From positions 16,527 to 80,526 of the IMG/VR virus record IMGVR_UViG_3300035698_028866: a stretch of 64,000 nucleotides of DNA; one strand, 5' to 3'. Origin of the DNA: a virus. The translations under genes and the position numbers were made by a program. The notes below the pieces were generated by a model. It had not been told where the DNA came from. It did not search any database and worked only from the letters and a program-made list of their open reading frames with translations. Shown piece by piece: positions 19,365 to 29,462 of this stretch (within the stretch, counting starts at the first letter, position 1; every line of letters begins with the position of its first letter).

Positions 19365-19600
19365 TTATCTCCTTTTAGCCTATACCGCCAATTCACAAGG
19401 CGACGGCACTTGGCTGTAAATGGCAATGGCCCGTCGGATGGCCATCCGTAGAAATAATACCAGAAGCCGTTTTTTGAAAACACCCGCTCGCCGCAAAATT
19501 CAATCACTGCACCGTTGCGCTTCGCGACTTCAATTTCTTCCCACGTCCACGGTCTTCTCCACAGCCTTTTATCTCGATCCTTGCCCATCGAATCTCCCAT
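19361..19600 (-). CDS. Paralogue family 2 protein
   Basis: PWTWEEI..FCGERV..NWRY. Confidence 0.7.
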   Translation of the reverse strand: MGDSMGKDRDKRLWRRPWTWEEIEVAKRNGAVIEFCGERVFSKNGFWYYFYGWPSDGPLPFTAKCRRLVNWRYRLKGDK

Positions 19601-19734
19601 CCCTTTTTAGTTTCAGCGCGTATTGTTCCCTAGCCCTCAGGATTGCTCGACGGCGTTTGTTGATTGCCACGCTACACTCGATCTCATCATCAGGCAACGG
19701 ACCGAAGTGTGGCATATCTCTCCACGTCCTTGGT

Positions 19735-20091
19735 TCAACCCGTAGCATTACTCATTCTCCAGGCCTCTAATTGTGCTTCTACTTTACTGCGTACTTGCCC
19801 GACGGTTTTGCGCAACACGTCGTCGAACCACTTAGCCACTGGAGCAGGTGCATCTTCCAGTGCGTGCTCGACACTCTCCATGAAATCTGTAGCAGTCTTC
19901 CGGAGCAAATCCCACTCGTCAACCGGAAGGAGGAGTGCACGCTTATGGAATAACAGCAGTCCTAACTTCTCTGGGACATTCACGGTAATCCGAGCCGCAG
20001 TATGCAAGACACCATTTGGCACGGAGTCTTTTTCATCTATGAGTTTGATGCCCTCGACAAACCCTATACGTTCCTTATCTGGATGTCCCAT
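19735..20091 (-). CDS. Hypothetical protein
   Basis: 118-aa ORF. Confidence 0.6.
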   Translation of the reverse strand: MGHPDKERIGFVEGIKLIDEKDSVPNGVLHTAARITVNVPEKLGLLLFHKRALLLPVDEWDLLRKTATDFMESVEHALEDAPAPVAKWFDDVLRKTVGQVRSKVEAQLEAWRMSNATG

Positions 20092-20480
20092 TACTCATCC
20101 TCCCTCTTTAATACGCGTTCTACCCTAAGGCGCATTGTGTCAGAAGCAACGTCCTTCACGCTTACGGATGCCGCTGTGGCGAATCCGTTCCATAGGTATT
20201 TCAATACATCCCGCAACTCGTCACGTTCTTCCTCAAGCTCCTCAATGTATCCAGGGGTGGGCGCGAAAGGATTCGCAAGCCAAATCCCCCAATTCTCAAA
20301 ATTGCGGCTCATGAAAGTAAATTCAATCCGTTCATAGTTGTGGTTGGTCTTGACGTCTTTGAGGATATACCAACAATCATCCTTCGAGGCGACGGCCCGG
20401 CATCCGCAAAAAGTGACTTCTGCTCCTTGTCGCCCTGCTACTGTTAGCTCTAACCACGTCTTTGGTGGAACCCATCCCAT
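20091..20480 (-). CDS. Paralogue family 2 protein
   Basis: MGWVPPKTWLEL...VERVLK. Confidence 0.75.
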   Translation of the reverse strand: MGWVPPKTWLELTVAGRQGAEVTFCGCRAVASKDDCWYILKDVKTNHNYERIEFTFMSRNFENWGIWLANPFAPTPGYIEELEEERDELRDVLKYLWNGFATAASVSVKDVASDTMRLRVERVLKREDE

Positions 20481-20533
20481 CAGCTGTCTCCTTTTGTGAA
20501 TTCTCTGCTAACACTAAAGATCAACACTCAATA

Positions 20534-21946
20534 CTATGTCAGTGCCTTGTCCAAAGTAGCTAAGCTCAATGCCTTGTCCAAAGCAACCAGGCTATCCTCT
20601 TTTGCGTGAAGAACATTCCGACAAGCTTGCTTCAGATTATACAAAGCATGGTCTAATTTTTCAGCAAGCTCTCTCGAACATTTTGCACTAGTCATTTCAC
20701 AATTATACGTGAAACTGAGTGCGTCAAGCTTACCTTCAAGCTCTTCTGCGTGCTCTGTTTGTGCGGTAAGGAGAGCTTGAAGGTTAGAGACATTGCTTTC
20801 TTCCCTCTTAGCACGCTTGCTCTCGGCCAGGCGCTCAATAGCACACATATTGCGACTCTCCACGAGCTGATTTATACGATCTACCTGGTGATCAACAACC
20901 GCGTTAAGCTTAAGGACTTCACCTTCAGCCTTATCAGCTCTATTCTCCGCAATCCCCAAACTAGATAGCAGCTCACTCTTCCCGCAAGTTTCCCGTGCTA
21001 ATGTAGCCTCAAGCTCAGAAACCCTATCTGGTGTCGTAACCCTGTCATAGATTAAAGTATTGAGCTTAGACTTCGACTTAGAGACCTCATATTCAGCCTT
21101 ACGAGCACGATCCAAGTCCGCATCCCGATAGGCCACCGCAGCCTTAAGCTCCTTTATAAGGTGTGCTTGGGTATCAATCGTATCGTTAAGATCAGCGAAG
21201 ACATCAAACTCCTCCATCTCTGCTGCACAAGTTTCAAGCTCTATTATGCGAGACTCTTGTATGGCATTGACGGCATATGCCGTTGCTAATGAGGCCTCAG
21301 CACTAGCAGCAAGCTCTGTCTTAGCATCAAGCGCAAGCTCAAGATGTATTATATGTTCTTCACACCGAACTATAGTAGCTTTGAGCTCAGAGACTTTATC
21401 CTCTGCATCGCGCGAACTAGCCTTTGCAATCTGCCAACTCTCAGCCCACGCGATACAATTCTTCTTCAGCGTAGAAGCTACTGTAGCAGAATCTTGTAGC
21501 GTATTCTCAAGCTCCTCTATACGATCTGAGGAGGCATAAAGACTCCTGGCCTTAGACTCAACGCTGGCAGAATGCCTCTTTTCATCCTGCAAGATAGCCT
21601 GCAGATCATCAGTCTCCTTAGCAGAGGCTTCTAGCGCAGCTTCAGCTTCCACAACACGTGCACACGCAGCCTCATTATTATCCATCACGCATTTAAGATT
21701 TTTCTTGCAAAGGGCTAGCTCAAGCGTAAGATCACCAATACGTCTACCTTTTAGAATAGACCCGCTGTAAGCGTTTCTTTGAAAAGCGTCTTCGTTTGCC
21801 TGTTCTACCTCCTTTTTCTCTTCGTTGTCTATTTCTACACTCCCTGTTCCAGAACAAATGGGACAATTTTCCCTGACCCACCCTCCTTTATTGGATGGGC
21901 CACAAAGCAGTCCTTTTCCTTCACAAACTTTACACGGTATCGTCAT
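20534..21946 (-). CDS. CxxCxGxG zinc finger plus long coiled-coil protein
   Basis: CKVCEGKG..CPICSGTG then heptad-rich helix. Confidence 0.75.
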   Translation of the reverse strand: MTIPCKVCEGKGLLCGPSNKGGWVRENCPICSGTGSVEIDNEEKKEVEQANEDAFQRNAYSGSILKGRRIGDLTLELALCKKNLKCVMDNNEAACARVVEAEAALEASAKETDDLQAILQDEKRHSASVESKARSLYASSDRIEELENTLQDSATVASTLKKNCIAWAESWQIAKASSRDAEDKVSELKATIVRCEEHIIHLELALDAKTELAASAEASLATAYAVNAIQESRIIELETCAAEMEEFDVFADLNDTIDTQAHLIKELKAAVAYRDADLDRARKAEYEVSKSKSKLNTLIYDRVTTPDRVSELEATLARETCGKSELLSSLGIAENRADKAEGEVLKLNAVVDHQVDRINQLVESRNMCAIERLAESKRAKREESNVSNLQALLTAQTEHAEELEGKLDALSFTYNCEMTSAKCSRELAEKLDHALYNLKQACRNVLHAKEDSLVALDKALSLATLDKALT

Positions 21947-21974
21947 ACTAGTCTCCTTTTGTGTTATTCTTTAT

Positions 21975-23108
21975 CTACTTTGGCAACCCGAGAACCATAT
22001 CATCATCTATCGCCCTGTGAAGATCTTCTAGATTCTTTTCAGTTGAATTAAAAAGTTTCAAACAAGCCGCCCTCAAATGAACTATTCGGTGTGCCAGCAC
22101 GGTGCCACACTTCGTCTCAGACTTAAGGTGCTTATCTGAGACATCAAGATCCTCGGAAAGAGCTTCGATGTGATCCTCAAGCTCCTTTATTTTTTCTGCC
22201 TGTATGTTATCAGTGGTCTTGTTATGCTGAGCGGAAATGAGTTTGATCCTGTCACCAATACGAGCTAAGACAGTTTCAGGAACGCCTCCAGGTTCACCCA
22301 TATACCACCCAAGCCGCAGCACTTTCTGAGCCAAAGACACGAACTTAGTCTCAAACAGCTCTTCATGCTCTCGAGATTGCTTATCCTCTAGCTCCTTTAG
22401 ACGCCCTGCTTGATTCTCAGTAATAGTGGTAAGCTCAAAGATTTTAATATCGGCTTGGTCAGCACGTGCGTATGCTTTCCTCCATTCCTGAATTATCTCC
22501 TGTTCAGCTTGAGTAGCGTTTTTTAGCTTAGTCAAAAGCTCATCTATGCGCTCTATTTGATGAGTTATTCGACCTACCTGCTGAGAAATAGTAGCTTCAA
22601 GCTCAACGACTATAGCCTCAGCCGCATTAGCACGTGCCGTTTGAGCCTCCAGGCTGTCTGCCCGTTCCAATTCCTTTCGCAACTTAGCAGCATTCTCATC
22701 CATAGAAACTGTCAGCCTAGACACAAGCTCCTTTGTGCCCTCTAGTAGTTGAGAAGGAGAAAGCTTGACGTCGGATTCCTCTACGTCGGCTGTTCCTACC
22801 CTACCTGTCCCACCACAGGCAGAACATTCATGTAGTAACGGAAATACACCACGAACAATCCCTTCTCCTTTACATTTTTTACATGATATCAGCATACTAT
22901 TCTCCTTTTGTTTATTCTTTACTATTCTATTATGCAGGGCCGTGTATTTAGCCTCAATCTCCTCAGCAAACGTGTAATCTCGCTTAAACTCTTCTATATC
23001 GTCTGCCTCTACCATACCTGTCCCACCACAAGAAAAGCAGCTGAATATCAGAAATAGACCAGGACTCAAGCGACCTGTTCCTTCACAAACTTTACACGGT
23101 ATCATCAT
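21975..23108 (-). CDS. Double CxxCxGxG zinc finger plus coiled-coil protein (apparent fusion of two paralogues)
   Basis: Start MMIPCKVC at 23108; internal RBS and ATG at 22895. Confidence 0.7.
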   Translation of the reverse strand: MMIPCKVCEGTGRLSPGLFLIFSCFSCGGTGMVEADDIEEFKRDYTFAEEIEAKYTALHNRIVKNKQKENSMLISCKKCKGEGIVRGVFPLLHECSACGGTGRVGTADVEESDVKLSPSQLLEGTKELVSRLTVSMDENAAKLRKELERADSLEAQTARANAAEAIVVELEATISQQVGRITHQIERIDELLTKLKNATQAEQEIIQEWRKAYARADQADIKIFELTTITENQAGRLKELEDKQSREHEELFETKFVSLAQKVLRLGWYMGEPGGVPETVLARIGDRIKLISAQHNKTTDNIQAEKIKELEDHIEALSEDLDVSDKHLKSETKCGTVLAHRIVHLRAACLKLFNSTEKNLEDLHRAIDDDMVLGLPK

Positions 23109-23109
23109 A

Positions 23110-23502
23110 CTATTCTCCTTTTGTGTTATTCCAGAAAAGATAACTGAAACCCGACTCCTGTATCTTGCCCATTGCCGCTCCGGCTTCTTCAGAACTACTA
23201 AGCAAAGACTGGAAGAACAACCGACATGCATCTTCCAGCTTAGCTAACTTGACCTCAGCCTTGTAAGCACGACCCGTTTCCTCCCTTCGATCTTCTTCAG
23301 CATCCATAAGGCGAGTTTCTGCGGATTCACGAGCACGAACACAGACAGCAAGCTCAGACTCAAGCGTGCTGATTTTGCTCTTAGCCTGGGCAACACGGTT
23401 CCTCTCAAGCACACACCTAGTTTCTGCGATATCACGATCCTTGATACAGCAGACAAGCTCATTATCAGTACTGCTGAAAAAAGGCATCTTTGGCATAACC
23501 AT
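23110..23502 (-). CDS. Coiled-coil hypothetical protein
   Basis: 130-aa ORF, AAGGAG RBS. Confidence 0.65.
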   Translation of the reverse strand: MVMPKMPFFSSTDNELVCCIKDRDIAETRCVLERNRVAQAKSKISTLESELAVCVRARESAETRLMDAEEDRREETGRAYKAEVKLAKLEDACRLFFQSLLSSSEEAGAAMGKIQESGFSYLFWNNTKGE

Positions 23503-23527
23503 ACTATTCTCCTTTTACTTGATGCTA

Positions 23528-24208
23528 TTAGTATCTCCGTACTGCGTAGTTATTTTCCAGATTCTCACAAAACCAGCCAAACGCATCATTCAACCTTTCA
23601 AACGTGGCTGAAATATCTTCATTCTCCTTAAGCTGGAGGAGTGCCAACTTTCTATCCCCGCTAGGATAATCCCCAGGAAGATAGACGGTGAGAACCTCTT
23701 CACTGCTGACCCTGTTAAGAGAGGGATAATTACGGGAGTAGAATACAATTGGCTCCTCGGAGTAGAATGCCTGTGATCTATTCCCGAGATAGCGAGATAT
23801 AGCTAGCTTACCTCGCAGTTCTTTGGGAAATACATGTATCCGAAACCCTAACATGTCACTCAGCCTGAAGACTACTGTGGAGAACATGATGTCTGTCTCA
23901 TCGAACGCACTATGGATCTGACTTTCTCTTACGTCGTTCACAATAGGGTTACCGCAGTCTTTGTAGATAACTTCCGGGGTGATACTAGGTTTTGAATCTG
24001 AGTTCTCTTCCCATAATAAGGAGTCATCTATAGTTAAAGCATCAGCTGGTTCTCCGTCAGATAAGTCTCCTCCAACGTAGACAAAACGACATGCGTGAGA
24101 GTTCCATTTTACAAGCGTCCACCCATAATTAGGAACATGGGTACGCATTGTAATACCTTTTTTGATCATCATACATCGTGCTTCTCTTGCATCTACTGAC
24201 CTAGGCAT
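23528..24208 (-). CDS. Paralogue family 3 (EARxxM..G / FRM..GFQVxVMPDELRG) protein
   Basis: Start MPRSV with AGGAGG RBS. Confidence 0.75.
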   Translation of the reverse strand: MPRSVDAREARCMMIKKGITMRTHVPNYGWTLVKWNSHACRFVYVGGDLSDGEPADALTIDDSLLWEENSDSKPSITPEVIYKDCGNPIVNDVRESQIHSAFDETDIMFSTVVFRLSDMLGFRIHVFPKELRGKLAISRYLGNRSQAFYSEEPIVFYSRNYPSLNRVSSEEVLTVYLPGDYPSGDRKLALLQLKENEDISATFERLNDAFGWFCENLENNYAVRRY

Positions 24209-24234
24209 ATTCGTCCTCCTTTTATTTGACGTTA

Positions 24235-24900
24235 TTAGTCTCCCTGTATTGCGTAGTGCTCTTCTATGAAAGTGCAGAACCACGCAAAAGCAGCGTCCAA
24301 CTTTGTATGAGCAGTCGAAGTATCTTTATGCCTACCGAGCTGGAGGAATGCTACTCTGTTATCGCGCGCAGCAGAATTCCCTGGAAGATAGACGTGGAAC
24401 ACATTATCAATAGAGTTCAAGCCAAGCTCAGGCTCAGCACTGGAGTAGAATATAGCTGAATCAGGCATTGTCATATTCGAAGGGTAGCGAGCTATCCGTA
24501 ACTTACCACGCAGCTCATCAGGCATTACTTTAACCTGGAACCCCAATACGTCAGCCATTCTGAAAACTATTGCAGAGAATAAAATGTCTCCCCCATCGAA
24601 CGCCCTATGGAAACGACCTATTTCTATTCCATACCCAAGAACGTTTTTTACGTCTCCGTATATGACTTTCGGGGTAACGATCGTTTTTTCTTTTGGAGCC
24701 TCTTCCCATACCAGATGAGGCTCCATAAGGAAAGATAAGTCATCCCCATTCTCACAAGTGAAACAATACTCGTCGGGATTCCATGATACTATCTTCTTAT
24801 CCACATGGTTAGACTCTGGAGCACCTACAAACGTGCGCATTCTAATACCGTCCTCGATCATCTTCTGTCGTGCTTCTCTTGACCTAAATACTTTTAGCAT
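24235..24900 (-). CDS. Paralogue family 3 protein
   Basis: GFQVKVMPDELRG, VYLPG, FAWFC. Confidence 0.75.
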   Translation of the reverse strand: MLKVFRSREARQKMIEDGIRMRTFVGAPESNHVDKKIVSWNPDEYCFTCENGDDLSFLMEPHLVWEEAPKEKTIVTPKVIYGDVKNVLGYGIEIGRFHRAFDGGDILFSAIVFRMADVLGFQVKVMPDELRGKLRIARYPSNMTMPDSAIFYSSAEPELGLNSIDNVFHVYLPGNSAARDNRVAFLQLGRHKDTSTAHTKLDAAFAWFCTFIEEHYAIQGD

Positions 24901-24923
24901 CTCCATCATCCTTTTATTTGATG

Positions 24924-25586
24924 TTAATGTGTTCTTTTTATCAAATAATGCTCTTTCAGGTAATAACAAAACCAGTCGAAGGCTTCAGCTAAGCTTGAAT
25001 ACGCGCTGTAGGCCTTTTCCGTGCTAGGAAGCTGTAAAAATGCCACCTTGCCATCGTCTGACCTTCTGCTCCCAGGAAGATAAACACTAAGCAGCGTGTT
25101 ACCGTAGCCCTTGGCCATCTCAGGAAACGAAGAGGATAAAAAGTCAACGCAATCACTCTCAGTAAGATCATACTTAGCTATCATCTTCGCACCACGCAGC
25201 TCATCAGGCATTACCTTGACCTGGAAGCCTACGAGAGTTCCCATCATAAAGACTACCGCGGAGAATAAGGTGTCTACTCCATCTTTGGATTCATAAAGGT
25301 GACTTTTTCCTTCGGGTAACTCAAGATCGGACTCGTTTCCTAAGTATAAGCCTTTCGGAGTAACGGGCGTTCTTGTTTCTTTTACGGCCTCTTCCCATAC
25401 CCGCCCAGGATTCATAAGGAGAGACATGTCAGCTCCCACGCAGACGAAACAACTCTCTTCTTTATTCCACGACATTTTCACAGACTTCGACTGCTCAGAA
25501 TCGAGGTCAAAAACACATGTGCAGAAACTCTTACCATATGCGACCATCTGCAATCTTGCTTCTTTTGCACTAAATACTTTTCCCAT
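24924..25586 (-). CDS. Paralogue family 3 protein
   Basis: GFQVKVMPDELRG, VYLPG, FDWFC; start MGKVF. Confidence 0.75.
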   Translation of the reverse strand: MGKVFSAKEARLQMVAYGKSFCTCVFDLDSEQSKSVKMSWNKEESCFVCVGADMSLLMNPGRVWEEAVKETRTPVTPKGLYLGNESDLELPEGKSHLYESKDGVDTLFSAVVFMMGTLVGFQVKVMPDELRGAKMIAKYDLTESDCVDFLSSSFPEMAKGYGNTLLSVYLPGSRRSDDGKVAFLQLPSTEKAYSAYSSLAEAFDWFCYYLKEHYLIKRTH

Positions 25587-25620
25587 AGTACCCTCCTGTG
25601 ATTTGGTTATGGTTTGCATC

Positions 25621-25815
25621 TTAGGCTCCTTCTGTAGTGTTTATGAAATGTTCAACTATGAGTAGAAGCTCATTGTCAGTTAGCATGTTAAGGACTTCCT
25701 GTGCCTCATCAAACAAAGGAGACGCATCTTCCCTCTTCCTAACCTCGCGCCAGTAGAGACTCATTCCCTTTAGATGCTTACGCTGATCATCTGTGAGAAC
25801 ATAGCTTTTAATCAT
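25621..25815 (-). CDS. Hypothetical protein
   Basis: Start MIKSY coupled to the upstream stop. Confidence 0.55.
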   Translation of the reverse strand: MIKSYVLTDDQRKHLKGMSLYWREVRKREDASPLFDEAQEVLNMLTDNELLLIVEHFINTTEGA

Positions 25816-26468
25816 TAGTTTTCCGCCTCTATGTAATAGTTCTCTTCCAAGAAGGCACAAAACCACTGAAACGCAGGATCCATAGCAGCATAAGCAAAGT
25901 CAGCCTCTTTCATGGTCTCGAAACGGAAAGATGCCACTACACTATCTTGATGCCAGTCATTCCCAGGAAGATAGACTTTAAGAATTTCTGGGTAGTGAAC
26001 TGCAAGATCTGGGTTATTGCCGCTAAAGAATACGACATCAGTATCCGCATACTTATAGCTAGCTAGCTCATACTGAACACGCAGCTCATCAGGCATTACC
26101 TTTACCTGAAATCCAATTGTTCTTTTCATCCTGAACAGCAGAGCAGAAAACATAGTAGAGGAGCCCTGGAAGGCCGAATAAAAATCTAAGTCTGCTGAAT
26201 CAATCTCAAGAGCATTCTCGTAGTCCTGGTAGATCTGTCTTGGAGTGAGAAGCTTCAATCCTTGGCCAGGGGACTCAAACCACAGCGAAATGGGATCTAG
26301 AACAATAGATGGGGCATGTCCTTCTCCGCATACAAAACGATGTGCCACAGAATCCCAATACGCCTCAACGACGACCGCGTCCATTTCAGTTTGGACATGA
26401 GTCTGCATTCTAATCCCATCCTCAACCATCTTACGTCGGGCCTCGTTTGAGTTAACAAATTCAGGCAT
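25815..26468 (-). CDS. Paralogue family 3 protein
   Basis: GFQVKVMPDELR, VYLPG, FQWFC. Confidence 0.75.
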   Translation of the reverse strand: MPEFVNSNEARRKMVEDGIRMQTHVQTEMDAVVVEAYWDSVAHRFVCGEGHAPSIVLDPISLWFESPGQGLKLLTPRQIYQDYENALEIDSADLDFYSAFQGSSTMFSALLFRMKRTIGFQVKVMPDELRVQYELASYKYADTDVVFFSGNNPDLAVHYPEILKVYLPGNDWHQDSVVASFRFETMKEADFAYAAMDPAFQWFCAFLEENYYIEAEN

Positions 26469-27540
26469 TTCTATCTCCTTTTAATTTGCATTGATATTCA
26501 GATTCCAGCTCGTCGCAGAACTGAAGAAGGCTAGCTTTCAGGAGCTCGAACACTCTTTCTGGATCTTCAGTCTTCATTATGGCTATATTTCCATCGGCGG
26601 TTCTGTCACTACCAGGAATACCGATATGCAAATAGTCAGGTCCACCAGAGAGAGACGGAACACTCTTACTCTCAATGATAACATGGTCACTAAAGTTTTT
26701 AACAGCGATATGATGGTTCGTTCCCCTAAGCTCATCAGGCATTACACTGACCTGAAATCCTACCTGCTTCCCCATTCTAAACAGATCAGTGGAAAACATA
26801 GCTTGCTTGGAAAACGCAATACATGACCATTCATCATCAACGTCAAATGATACAAGATTAAGTGCGCTGTCTGAGAGAAATAAAGGAGTCAACATTGGCT
26901 TTTCGTCCCAATCTATAGTGGCTCCGTGATCCTTTGCCTCTTCTATCATGCGAGTTACGTTCTCGGTCCACTCTTCCAGCCCCTTTCGTCTGAAGAGCTC
27001 TGTCCTAACGCCCGCACCCGTGAGCCTCTTCACAAAACGGGCGGTGACTCTATTGCCAAAAATTTTTCCGCCCACAGGACAACTCCTTATCTTTACATCC
27101 TGCGCGTTGAAAGCCGCAAGGGTATACGCACTAAGGGCGTGTCCGCAAGCTACTGTGAGATTGAGAAAGGTGGTCGAAACGTAAACTCCGTGTTCTCCGC
27201 CATAAACAACTTTGTTGACGGGATACTCCAGAATTTTGCCTCCAGTGTTCCCGGCAAAAGGACTCTTTCCGTCTTTGGTTAAGAGCTTAAAGACAAGATA
27301 CTTAGGGACATTCTCATCCCATGTAGCGCTTTCTACCTCTGAGTCATACTTTTCATACCATACGAGAGCTTCATCGGCAATAACTGGATACTTTGTTTTA
27401 TAGCCATACTGGTTTGAGTCTTTCTTCTTAAAGCAAAATTCAATAGGATCATACCAATAGACATCATCATCCCCCAGCAGTCCCATATGAGCCCCATTTA
27501 TCATCATAAGGTGTCTTGCTTCACTTGTGCTATATCCCAT
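26461..27540 (-). CDS. Paralogue family 3 protein with inserted KLLT..GGEHGVYVS domain
   Basis: Middle domain shared with ORF 34709..35749. Confidence 0.75.
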   Translation of the reverse strand: MGYSTSEARHLMMINGAHMGLLGDDDVYWYDPIEFCFKKKDSNQYGYKTKYPVIADEALVWYEKYDSEVESATWDENVPKYLVFKLLTKDGKSPFAGNTGGKILEYPVNKVVYGGEHGVYVSTTFLNLTVACGHALSAYTLAAFNAQDVKIRSCPVGGKIFGNRVTARFVKRLTGAGVRTELFRRKGLEEWTENVTRMIEEAKDHGATIDWDEKPMLTPLFLSDSALNLVSFDVDDEWSCIAFSKQAMFSTDLFRMGKQVGFQVSVMPDELRGTNHHIAVKNFSDHVIIESKSVPSLSGGPDYLHIGIPGSDRTADGNIAIMKTEDPERVFELLKASLLQFCDELESEYQCKLKGDRNA

Positions 27541-27679
27541 GTTGGTATACTCCTTGAACTAAAGGCGAAAAAAAGCAGTAGTATTGATACAGAACTCTCG
27601 ACGTTTCCAGGGCAGGAGCTAACCTCTATATAACAAAAAGCTCCTGCCCACAGGTAAGTTCCTACAAGATATCCAAGAG

Positions 27680-28177
27680 CTAGTCTATAGGACCACCAGC
27701 TCCTTCTGCGTTCATGCTGTCGAACATGGCTCTGTAGGGAAGCCATGCCACGGCCCCAGTCCTCTTATTGTAGTTAGGGGACATACACTCATCAGAATTT
27801 CGATGAGGTTCGATCGTGCGACATTCTTTCGGCCGCTTTTCAAAAGGAAGCATACACCCTTTCTCGGAATCCCAAAATGTACACGCGCCGCGATAAGCCG
27901 GGTCAAAGATACGCCCTTCGTTCCCCTTAGTCGCGGGGCGGACGTAATACGCTCTATCGATAGTCTCAGAGCCTACTCTAGGATCTCCCTCCCACCAATC
28001 AACTGCCCACTTTCCCGATTCAATTGCATCTCTGACATTTTGCTCGATATCAGGTTCCCAATCCTCAGGAAACGAGGACCCTGGCATAGAGGCACAGCAT
28101 TCACCTCCGCAGGCTGCGCAAATGCCTTCGTTCAAATACTCGCCTTCAGGCAAGTCTATGGTTTTTTCTCCAGGCAT
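27680..28177 (-). CDS. YkgJ-like (CxxCxxCC) cysteine-cluster protein
   Basis: CAACGGECC...CTF...C.L....RP.EC. Confidence 0.75.
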   Translation of the reverse strand: MPGEKTIDLPEGEYLNEGICAACGGECCASMPGSSFPEDWEPDIEQNVRDAIESGKWAVDWWEGDPRVGSETIDRAYYVRPATKGNEGRIFDPAYRGACTFWDSEKGCMLPFEKRPKECRTIEPHRNSDECMSPNYNKRTGAVAWLPYRAMFDSMNAEGAGGPID

Positions 28178-28617
28178 AGCTTATCTTCCCTTTCCCTCGT
28201 TATAGATCCGTCTGGCCACACAATAGACACTGGGAGCTCCTCAGCTCTCGCCAGACGAATTGTTAACCACACGTCCACCCATTCTTCCTCTTTCATACCT
28301 CCGGGAGCTGCCAGAACGATCTGAGACGCTCTGACGATGTCCCCGTTTCTTTGCTCTCGGTACTTAGGAGTGTGTATCTTACCCCCAGCGCAGAAGGCAC
28401 GAACAAGTGAGTCCGTGCCAGGATGGATAACAAGAAGCGCATGGGGTCTGAGAAGCTCCACCATTCCGTGAAACTCAGCATCAGCCCCAAGACTGTCTCC
28501 ATGATGCGCCTCTGTAACGTAATGCCTTTGAACCTCTTCCGTCAGGGCATCGCGCTGTGGTTCCGTAAGTCCTCTCGCTGTACCTGAGAATCCAACGCGA
28601 AACGCTTGGGTTCCCAT
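28156..28617 (-). CDS. SLOG-superfamily (YspA/DprA-like) protein
   Basis: VGFSGTARG, HHGDSLGAD, RNGDIV, LAAP, WLTIRLA; start MGTQ. Confidence 0.75.
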   Translation of the reverse strand: MGTQAFRVGFSGTARGLTEPQRDALTEEVQRHYVTEAHHGDSLGADAEFHGMVELLRPHALLVIHPGTDSLVRAFCAGGKIHTPKYREQRNGDIVRASQIVLAAPGGMKEEEWVDVWLTIRLARAEELPVSIVWPDGSITREREDKLCLEKKP

Positions 28618-28630
28618 GGAGTCTTCTCCT

Positions 28631-29146
28631 TTAGTTAAGGGTACAGATGGGAAAGTCTTGAGGGAACAAGGATATAAATATTCCATCAACCCATCCGTCA
28701 AGCAGGCGTTCGAGCTCTGCTTGGGTGTCTTTGAAGATCTGGAGATTTTGCCATATCTCCAGAAGGGGGCAAACCTTTTCAGTGTTGCCTTTCTCCTGAA
28801 TATCATATGCGCACTCTACCTGCCTTCGAAGGACATCATACCTCTCTCTTTGCGTTTCGGAAACTATCGGCACTGGCTCAGTTTCCAGGATCCCGAACGT
28901 ATTCAGGAGGCCTGAGAAATATGATGTGCCATCTGAGGTTTCGAGCAGGACCCTGAGATCGTCCGCACTGCTGACTTCATCGTCGCTCTTGTATTTGATG
29001 TTACTGGGTTCTTGCCCCAGAATATGTTTCCGTAGAAACCACACACTAGCAGCCGTGTCCAATGAGTTTGTCCCATACAAGTCCACTGACTTTCTCCTTC
29101 TGTGTGAGAAAGGAGGGAAACCTCTAAAACGAGCTTCCTCCCGCAT
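28631..29146 (-). CDS. Hypothetical protein
   Basis: 171-aa ORF. Confidence 0.55.
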   Translation of the reverse strand: MREEARFRGFPPFSHRRRKSVDLYGTNSLDTAASVWFLRKHILGQEPSNIKYKSDDEVSSADDLRVLLETSDGTSYFSGLLNTFGILETEPVPIVSETQRERYDVLRRQVECAYDIQEKGNTEKVCPLLEIWQNLQIFKDTQAELERLLDGWVDGIFISLFPQDFPICTLN

Positions 29147-29153
29147 GTTGATG

Positions 29154-29453
29154 TTATTCGCTAACTTCGCCCAAAGCTGGAGACAGCGTGAATGCTGCTG
29201 TCTTCATTTTTTTCCGTCTTTCCTCTCTCCATATATGTAAGCGCAAGTCATCTTCCCTATTGGCTCTGGCTATTTTTGCCCTGGCCGACGCCGAAGACAT
29301 ATGTATCCTCCGCAAGGCCACTTCGCACAAGGGACATCTAGGAAACCCTGCTGGAGGATCAGTTTGTTCCCAGTAGATTAACAATTCTACTGGATCAGTT
29401 GTAAGTCCGCAGCATGGGCATTCATAGCCTAGGCATTCGTCTTTTTTTAGCAT
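29154..29453 (-). CDS. Zinc-ribbon hypothetical protein
   Basis: CPCCG...CPLC. Confidence 0.6.
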   Translation of the reverse strand: MLKKDECLGYECPCCGLTTDPVELLIYWEQTDPPAGFPRCPLCEVALRRIHMSSASARAKIARANREDDLRLHIWREERRKKMKTAAFTLSPALGEVSE

Positions 29454-29462
29454 TGTACCCCC

